A stretch of 57,267 nucleotides of DNA, the filler included, from Sphacelaria rigidula (Eukaryota): the NCBI GenBank assembly GCA_964200075.2. It is 8 parts of 8 records of this genome, joined end to end, with 100 filler letters (N's around TTAATTAATTAA, not from the genome) between each part and the next. Parts side by side here need not be neighbours in the genome. Positions count along the whole stretch, not along the records: positions 43,027 to 50,097 come from CAXNAA020016645.1; positions 50,198 to 57,267 come from CAXNAA020016646.1; 6 more parts are not named here. One strand, 5' to 3'. The translations under genes and the position numbers were made by a program. The notes under the pieces were generated by a model that was not told where the DNA came from, searched no databases, and was given only the letters and a program-made list of their open reading frames with translations. Shown piece after piece: positions 49,420-57,267 of the stretch (the stretch's first letter is position 1; each line of letters starts with the position of its first letter).

Positions 49420-50097
49420 GGATGTGGACTTTGCTTGCTATTTTGTACACAGGCGGCCATTTGGCTACCTCCAAAATTCCTTCAGGCGGGTAAACTTTTC
49501 GAGCCTCTAGAGGAATTAAACGTCTCCGGAGGGGTGCGCTGCCCTCCAGGTCGGTAGTTTTTGGTTTCCCCCAGAGAGATTGAAGGCCTCCGGAGCTTTG
49601 TTTCACCTCGGAGGGCCGCGCATCCCTCCGGAGGCATTTTGGGTTGAAGCCAAATGGCCGCGTGTGTAACCGTCATCAACGGAGTCGAATTATGCCCGAA
49701 ACCGTGATGTTACGGTGATGTGGGGTTTTGGCGTCGTCTCATTTCCACTGATGATACGCACGAAAAACCCAGGAAGCCTCACGACGGCTTCCCTTATATA
49801 TGTTGCAGAAAAGCTCAGAGGGCCAAATGGAAAATTTCACACGCAGCCTTTTGGCTACCCCCCAAAATGCCTCCGGAGGGATGCGCGGCCCTCCAGAGGG
49901 AAAACAAGCCTCCGGAGGCCTTCAATTCCTCTGGAGGAAACCAAAAACTACTAACCTGGAGTGTCGCGCACCCCTCCGGAGGAATTTGGGGGCATGCGCG
50001 GCCCTCCAGAGGCAAAAATAAGCCTCCGGAGGCGTTTAATCCTCCTGGAGGGACCACAACATTTCCTCTGGAGGGCCGCGCACCCCTCCGGCGGTGG
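49420..50097. repeat. Inverted GC-rich CCTCCGGAGG-containing repeat arms (fold-back element), truncated by the scaffold end
   Basis: ~49500-49667 is the reverse complement of ~49838-49985, and the subunit GCGCGGCCCTCCAGAGG / CCCTCCGGAGG is reiterated. Confidence 0.75.
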
Positions 50098-52808
50098 NNN
50101 NNNNNNNNNNNNNNNNNNNNNNNNNNNNNNNNNNNNNNNNNTTAATTAATTAANNNNNNNNNNNNNNNNNNNNNNNNNNNNNNNNNNNNNNNNNNNNGGG
50201 GGCGTACTCATTTGTTGCTTGCCTTAGTCATTTGACCATTGACCACGCATCCCTTTCGAGACGGAGCAGGGCAGGCGAATGGAGCAAGGAAGGCCCCGGG
50301 GGCAGGTGTTCATAGTAGTCGTGATGAGGAGTGCTGCCGACAAGATGGCGAGAGGATGGCGAGTGTAGCGGGAGGGAAATCGGACCCGGGACCAGATCCT
50401 ACTAATCGCAGTTGTTGCGACGGCGGTCTACATGGTCCGCCAGAGGGCAGATCGAAGCATTCAGCCGGGATCTGGCTTGGAGATTCAGACTCCGAGTGTA
50501 GCGACTCAGAGGAAGAGGATTCGGCATCGGAAGCGGGCAAATACTACGACGACGAATTCGCGTTTTGATTGCACCTGTATCGAAAGTCGTAGACATGTTT
50601 CCTGCAGATGAGTTGCGTAGGTATATAAGTAACCGTGGGAGTTATCTTCAGCGGACGGAAGTTATAACCCGTGCGTAGGGTTGATGGGGACGTTGTAGAG
50701 TGCCTGCTGCAGTGCGCCCTTGTGTGCAGACGTCTACGGCGGGTCGTCCGGCGACACCCTCGGGCGAATCGCCGGTTGTATCTCGAGATACTGCGTGATA
50801 CTATAATAGTGGAACGAACGACAAATAAAGCGAAAATGATGATCAAGACGCGGTGTTGCAGAGAACCTTATGGAATATTGTGCAACACGACCACCACACG
50901 CGCGTGGATTGCAGTCGTGAGGCGGCGTTCATAGCGCTCTGCACGGCGGGCGAACCGCCACGAATATTTGGTGTGATAACAACCGATTGTGAAAATTGAG
51001 GACAACGGTTTTCATTGACGACGATAAGTCGGTTTATTACAATCTTCATATGTGTAGACCATTTTTTTTATATATGCCTGCATTCCTTCACGTGCCAATA
51101 GCTATCACCAATTTCTGCATGCCATACAAGATTGAAATCCGATAACCGAATTTGTAGGGTCCCATGTGTATATGTTCTGTGGCCATGGTGGGGGGGGGGG
51201 CGGGTGTGTGATAAAGATGTAACACGTAATCCATCCTCCATGTCGCAGGCTGCACGCTGGAGGAACATCAGATGATGTTTTCCGTCTCTAACCCTTCATT
51301 ATTGCCCACCAAACTTCGGTCCCCATCACACCGCACAGTCGATGCGATGTGACTACGTGTGTTTCGACGCAAACCCTGAAGCAGTTTCCGTGGTATCTCT
51401 CTTTTGTTTCCGGCAGCTTACAGTACCACTGACGACACAAGGAATCGGCAGACCGTGAGTGTTTCCTTTCTTTCATTTTTTTCATTCTTCTCATTTTTCT
51501 TCTCTGATGACGAGCTGGAGTATTGCAATCAGCTACGTCATGCGCGATCATCATCTTTTTTTGTTCGTGCTTGTGCTTGTTGTGTTAGTGTGTGTTTGAT
51601 CGTCGTTATTTCGTTGTCGTTCTTGTTGCTTGGTGGTGTTGGTGGTGGTGTTGGTGTTGGTGTTTTTGTTGTTGTTATCGCTGCCCCCTTTCTTCCCTTC
51701 CTGAGGTCGTTGCACCTGTCTTTTTCTGGTCCTTTCTTTCTTCTTTATTTTTATTATTATGTTCTATTTTTGCTGGTCCTGACCACGGGTCGGATTGTAG
51801 CAACCAGCTAGTGTGAGATAATCAATCAATCAATCAAGTGTGCGTTTACACCTTGCGCGGCGATCCCGTAGGCACGCTTCATGCGCCGCCCCAGCGATAA
51901 TGACAAGCACAAGTCTGGAACATCTTTCCCACTGGCGGGCAATGTTAATTGTTGCATGTATGCTTGCGAGAGAAGATACTCCCCACGCTGTAAACCAAAT
52001 GGACGCGGCGCAATTACTACCTGCTCAATGTGGATATCATGTGACCCGATGGATTTTCACGCGGCACCTCACATGTTGTAACACCCGCCACTGAGATGGC
52101 AATATATCGACGCACACGGTAGTTATCGACACAGATCGAATTGCTCTGTGTAAAAAAAACGCGTACCTAACAGTCCTTCACTTCTTGGCGACCAGCACCT
52201 TTGTCACAAATTGGGAAGTAGGGGTGAAGTGAAGATCATCTACTTCAGATATTGCACTGTTTCGACACTCAATTGAAGTCTGCCAGCGCTTGAACGACGG
52301 CTAGTGTCTAGCAGTACCTGCCTGTAGAGTTTCGGCTTCGTGGCGTCCGTCAGTGGTGAATAATCTTCTATCGCGTGAGGGACGGATATGTTGGAAAATG
52401 ACTTTTTCGTTTGTACAAAAAAAGCAGTACTTTTTTTAGGGATATCCATCGCTGGTTTGTGAGCTGTACTGGGTGGAATCGAGCCGGACTGAGATGAGAA
52501 GGTAGCTTCAAATACATACTATAGCCGTGTATCGCTTTAGTTGCTATGTAACGTTCTGTACACTTCTTAGACTCTGTCGCGTCTTCATTTCGAGGATGGT
52601 GGTGGGAAACGTGACACTAACCCCCGGCGTAACACTACTGGTCTCTATGAAAATTTGATCTGACAGTATATAAAGACAAAAGGGCAAAGGCGCCTTGAAG
52701 GCTACTGCTTGGCGATAGAGTATCTTCGTATCTTCCTACATGTGAGGACGCCTCCGAGTCATTGTGTTGTTTAATTTTCCTGCACATGTATCCACGGTTC
52801 GTTAAGTA

Positions 52809-54242
52809 ATGCTCGGCGTGATCGTTTCAACGGTAACCGCAGGGCTTTTGCTACCGGGGGCCCCTGCGCTGAGGGTATCGGACAGTCTGGTTGAATACGA
52901 ATTTAGTCGGACGGACTGTCTCTCAGGTTACGCCCCGGATTCAAGTAATCGAACATCCGTGTTTGGAGATCTGAACATCAACACGTCCTCCATCACTTGT
53001 AAAGGGCTGGGGGTGGAAGCGAAAATCGGGACTCTCGCAAATCAACGAATCGTCTCGTCCTTGAACAGTTCGCTCTTCTTGGATTACCTCAGCAGCAGCG
53101 AATTCACTTTCGAGGTATGGGCCAGCTTTGAAGATTTCTCCGAGTGTGAGCAGTGCTCGAGACGACACTTTGTGTCGACTAGCGACACTGGCAATGGCCT
53201 GATCCCGATGACGTGTAACGCCTCGAATTTCCTCTTTTTCCAATCAAGCAGCCAACATTCTGTGGGTGTACAAGTATCTATCCCAGAAATCAGCTCCGAT
53301 TGTCAGTTGACATCCGCCGACTCTAGGATTGAGTGGGGCGTGCCTACTCATGTGGTTTTCACTGTCACGGCTCCTGGAGGAGCTGAAGATGACACCGTAA
53401 CGTTTCGCTGGTACCTAGACGGACTGCTCGTGTACGAAGACGAACTGAAGGTTGCCGGCAACAGCTTCGCCTCAGGTTGGCTTGGTGACTTCCATCTTCA
53501 ACTACTGGGCGACATAGCGGTCGAAAATTCTTCGGAACTCTCGTATGCACCTCCTAGCGGAAGCATATACCTCCTGGCCATGTACGACCGGCCTCTTGAG
53601 AGCGGCGAAGTTGCGCAAAACTATGAAGCGGGGCTTCAAAATAGTCCCCCGGTTGCCGAAGATGTATCCGCACTTATCAACGAGGACGGAGAGGTTGGTG
53701 ATCACTATGACACTCCTGAGTACTACCTTCAGGATCCCACGGTGTTACCTCTCAACCTGTCCGTCATATCCCTCCTCGTTGTTGATCTCGACACGGAGGA
53801 AGGGTTCCCTGGGTTTGATGCTGAGACAGAGGTGATCCCTAGCGAGGTTTACATCGAGAGCTTACCTTCAAGAGGTGACCTGTTCACCATCAGCGGGCAA
53901 ACGATTTGTTGTGTTCCCTACAAGGTTTCTGATGACAACGGCTACGCTGTGCGATATCGCCCCGTAAAGGATGAGTTTTCCGCACCAAATGTCACGTACA
54001 CATCTTTCGCATACTCCGCAGTAGATGCTGTTACAGGGACACCGTCTGTTATACCCGGGATCGTCACCGTCTACGTGCTGGCGAAAAATGACCCTCCAGT
54101 GCCTACGAACACTTCTGAAACAGTCATCACTGGACGGGAAAACGTGCTAGTTTTGGTTGGTACCGACGTGGACAGTTCCGGTGGTGATGTGATTGAGGGA
54201 GCCCAAATCATCGACCTGCCAGTGCACGGAGTACTGTATCAG
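52809..54242 (+). CDS. Exon 1 of a predicted secreted or membrane-anchored protein with a LamG/ConA-like domain and cadherin/Ig-like repeats
   Basis: 478 codons with a hydrophobic N-terminus. LamG-like motifs FTFEVW, THVVFT, WYLDG and GSIYLLAMYDRPL...EVAQNY. Repeat junctions NSPPVAED...INEDG and NDPPVP...GTDVD...DLPVHGVL. Donor CAG|GTCAGC, phase 0. Confidence 0.85.
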
Positions 54243-55305
54243 GTCAGCCATCAGTAAAACCATTGCGGAAAGTAGGTCAGAGCTAATGCCTGGCACACTT
54301 GAAGTAGACACTAGTATTGTTTTCGCTGAATCCGATATTTGGCGAATCGGTGACTTAAAGTGGCTGAAGATGGTGTCGTAATGCTTGCTGAATGTAGACA
54401 CTGACCCCTGTCGAGAGCAACGCGAATAGCTAGGGAAGGGGCATTCGAGGCTGACTTTGACACGACTGGGCCCGTGCGGAAGGAATTATCCTCTGTAATT
54501 ATACCTACCATCATCATTACCTATCCGAGGTATACGATACCTCAAGTTCAAAGTAGGATATTAGGTCATTTCTTCGTAACTGGCGACTTTCTTAGCTTTC
54601 GCTTGCCACCGCTCATCACATTGGAGATCTGAAGATACTAATGTCCGCTCCACATTCTAAGAAAAAAAAACATATGTATTTAATATTGAGTGACTCACGT
54701 GCTGACCGGTCATCGGGGATCCTGCCACTTTTCAGTCCCAGATTCTAACTCTTCGGTATTTTCGGTCGATCGAGCTTGTGCCGATCGTGTTTGTGAAGAA
54801 ATGAAAATGCTTGCTTTTTTTTATTCCGCCTACCCGTTGCACGAGAGCCGAAAACCTGTAGTTTCACGGTCAATAACACCCTCCTGATACGTGGGGTATT
54901 TGCTCTTGTCGCCCGATAACACCAACTAACACTAACTTGGGCACTGTGGTTTGAGGAAAATCTGTTTATTTTACCAAAAGCTATCGACGCTAGCACTTTG
55001 GAGTCCTATCGAAGAGTAGCACGCGAAAAAGAAACTACTCTGAACTTGAGGGACTGTATATGCTCGATAACATTGACCCAAATATTTCAAATATCAATCA
55101 TCCTTAGCGATTCGATTACCGTCCTTCGTCCCAAAACGTAGACGTAGTGCTTGAAAATTCATGTGCGTAATCCATTTTTTCTCGCCTGCGGGGTCCTCTG
55201 TCCCCGCTCGGCCAGACTTAACTGCCAGCGCCGGACGAACAGTGTGCCGAACCGGTGGGTTCTCAGATAACACACACATGCCTTGTCGCCATGTCACTAC
55301 CTTAG

Positions 55306-56559
55306 GTATACAACAACGACACGAGGTCAGATATTGTGGTCAACAGCGGCGATCACTTATGGAAGGTACAAACACGTTACGTGTACACTGGGAACACATC
55401 GCGGGCCGCAGCTGCGTCTTCCAGAGACTTTCTTGTCGAAGATAGTCTTTCATTCGTTTTGTACGATTCTTTTTTTGCTTCATCGACAATTGGGATCGTC
55501 ACGTTGGACGTTGCAAGTGGACTGAAGGCGTTGACTTCTCAGAGCCAAAACGATTCTTCCTTTGTGTGCTTCGAAGATACAGGAAGCGTTGTGAACGTAT
55601 ACGCCGAGACTACACTATCTAGTGCCATGGAGGTCACGATCGTCATTTCAGGACTACCGAATCATGGCTCCTTGCTACGAGCGAACGCCAGCGAAGCCCT
55701 CGTACCGGGCAATAACTTCACAGCCGGTTGCTCGAGCAGTATGTTATGCTCAGCGTCTGTGAGCTACCACCCGGACTTTAATTACTTCAACTCTCCCAGC
55801 TCGTCATGGGACGAAGATCTAGTGGGGGGAGGTTCAGGCCCTGACTCCTTCAAATTTTTCGTCGTCGCAGAAAACGGCGAATACTCACAAGAAGCAATAC
55901 AAGATATCCAGGTAGTCAACGTGAACGACCCGTCTGCTATAGAATGCCCTGCACAACAACAACACGTACGAGCTTTTGGCACGAGTGTATACTACAGTGG
56001 AGAGCCCTTCGTCCCCCTTGATAGAATAACTATTCGGGAGGTTGTCATTGTAGACCCCGATAAAGGCGTGGACATGGTTAAAGTGCACGTACATACGCAG
56101 TATGGCCTTCTAAGCCTAAATGAGGACCATCTCGATCTCCTCGATTTTAGCTCTGTGACGTATTGCTATGAGGACGGTAATATGCGCTGTTCCGGTAGTG
56201 GCACCAGTGACCGTGAACTCATGTTTATTGCACACCCAAGGGACACGCAACTGGCCCTGGATGGGTTGGTGTACCAGAGTGTAGCTTCGAATATTATCGA
56301 TGTTATCAATATCACCATACTTGATGGTGCCGATGGAGACTGTCTTTCTGCAAGCAAGTTTTCGACCGAATCCATCCGACATGAGTGCTGGCAGGTTTCG
56401 TGCTCGTTCAACCTCTCGGTCGAAGGATATGCGGTCGGTCAAGAGCACTTGCTAAGTGTTAATCTACCTGCACAGATCTGGATCAGTGCCACCGTCACTT
56501 TTTCGACCTTCTCGTTCGGCCTTTACCGATGCTGTAACTCCTGTCACCGTAAGAGATGA
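55306..56559 (+). CDS. Exon 2 (terminal) of the same protein; 895 aa in total
   Basis: Acceptor CCTTAG|GTA TAC is in frame with ORF 55336-56559. Further repeats (FEDT...LPNHGSL...YHPDFNYF...DSFKF...VVNVNDP; DPDKG...GLLSL) and a moderately hydrophobic C-terminal stretch followed by a basic tail. Confidence 0.85.
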   Translation, partial: VYNNDTRSDIVVNSGDHLWKVQTRYVYTGNTSRAAAASSRDFLVEDSLSFVLYDSFFASSTIGIVTLDVASGLKALTSQSQNDSSFVCFEDTGSVVNVYAETTLSSAMEVTIVISGLPNHGSLLRANASEALVPGNNFTAGCSSSMLCSASVSYHPDFNYFNSPSSSWDEDLVGGGSGPDSFKFFVVAENGEYSQEAIQDIQVVNVNDPSAIECPAQQQHVRAFGTSVYYSGEPFVPLDRITIREVVIVDPDKGVDMVKVHVHTQYGLLSLNEDHLDLLDFSSVTYCYEDGNMRCSGSGTSDRELMFIAHPRDTQLALDGLVYQSVASNIIDVINITILDGADGDCLSASKFSTESIRHECWQVSCSFNLSVEGYAVGQEHLLSVNLPAQIWISATVTFSTFSFGLYRCCNSCHRKR

Positions 56560-57267
56560 GCTCAACAAACCGCCTCGTCTGGAGTTGCTGGCAATTTCAT
56601 ATACGCCTACCAGACGTGCCACTCATGATAGTAGTTCCTATTCGTACGCGAACTTGACGGGAGGGCCGGAAGGCAGACGGGCACCAGGTAGACTTGATGA
56701 AGTACACGAGTAGATATAGATGGAAGTAGAACTTTGGACTTAAAGGCAAAGGTGATGAAGAATCCCGGATTTTCGATCCTGCCGCAATGTGACACCACCC
56801 TCGACATCCTTTGCTATGGTGTTCTCGGAACTTGAGGTGGCACGGGATGGCACAAGGCTGAGCTCTATCACTCCCAAAGTGTTCCACCTTGGACGAAAAT
56901 ATTTCATATTGGCCAGAAAGTAGCTTGACAGCACCCTGCAGGCGCAGCTACAATAGTTACCTCACGCGCATGGACGTTTGCTAGGTCACCTGATTCCCCC
57001 CATCCTCTACGCCGTGTGGGATGGTACTCCGGCACTTTCGTACCGCAGCCGACCTTTCGATGTATGAAGTCACCGTATAAGCTCAATCTCTCTGACGTGC
57101 TCTCACTTCTCGTCAGTCTCTTGAAATAGTACCTACGGTATCCTTACTACAACTCACACAATTTCAGCCCAGGAGTCTGACCGTATATCAAAGCTTCCAC
57201 GGTTAGGACAAATCATCACGACTCAAAATCACCAAATTCACGATTTCTTCGGCCTGATTGCCCAAAA

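Noticed and set aside
7072-50197. 7171-bp periodicity and the TTAATTAATTAA motif as a biological repeat
   Set aside because: It is a concatenation linker between equal-length scaffolds.
50239-50568. 109-aa ORF with an acidic C-terminus
   Set aside because: It starts inside an antisense family A tail and has no identifiable domain. It may be a gene or TE end but cannot be supported.

Overview
Eukaryotic, intron-rich and repeat-rich DNA. Gene style and repeat content suggest a stramenopile, probably a brown alga (inference). The window is not one locus. It is eight unrelated small scaffolds of 7071/7070 bp joined by an artificial 100-bp linker (44 N + TTAATTAATTAA + 44 N), so nothing can be inferred from adjacency across linkers. 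Gene pieces supported by motifs and splice sites are a kinesin first exon, two phase-matched exons of a bacterial-type (organellar) isoleucyl-tRNA synthetase, a PPR exon, five phase-matched exons of a Dicer-like RNase III protein with a ~780-aa low-complexity linker, and a two-exon 895-aa LamG + cadherin/Ig-like surface protein. Mobile DNA includes a frameshifted IS630/Tc1/mariner-type transposase, a probable hAT relic, tRNA-derived SINEs, nested and fold-back MITEs, and two abundant retroelement-like families. The most unusual signal is that both families end in the same ~75-90-nt structured module (three helices, with pair-preserving changes between families) followed by oligo(C) rather than poly(A). 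The module also occurs on its own. A second notable region is 31.9-34.8 kb, with two consecutive long hairpins.
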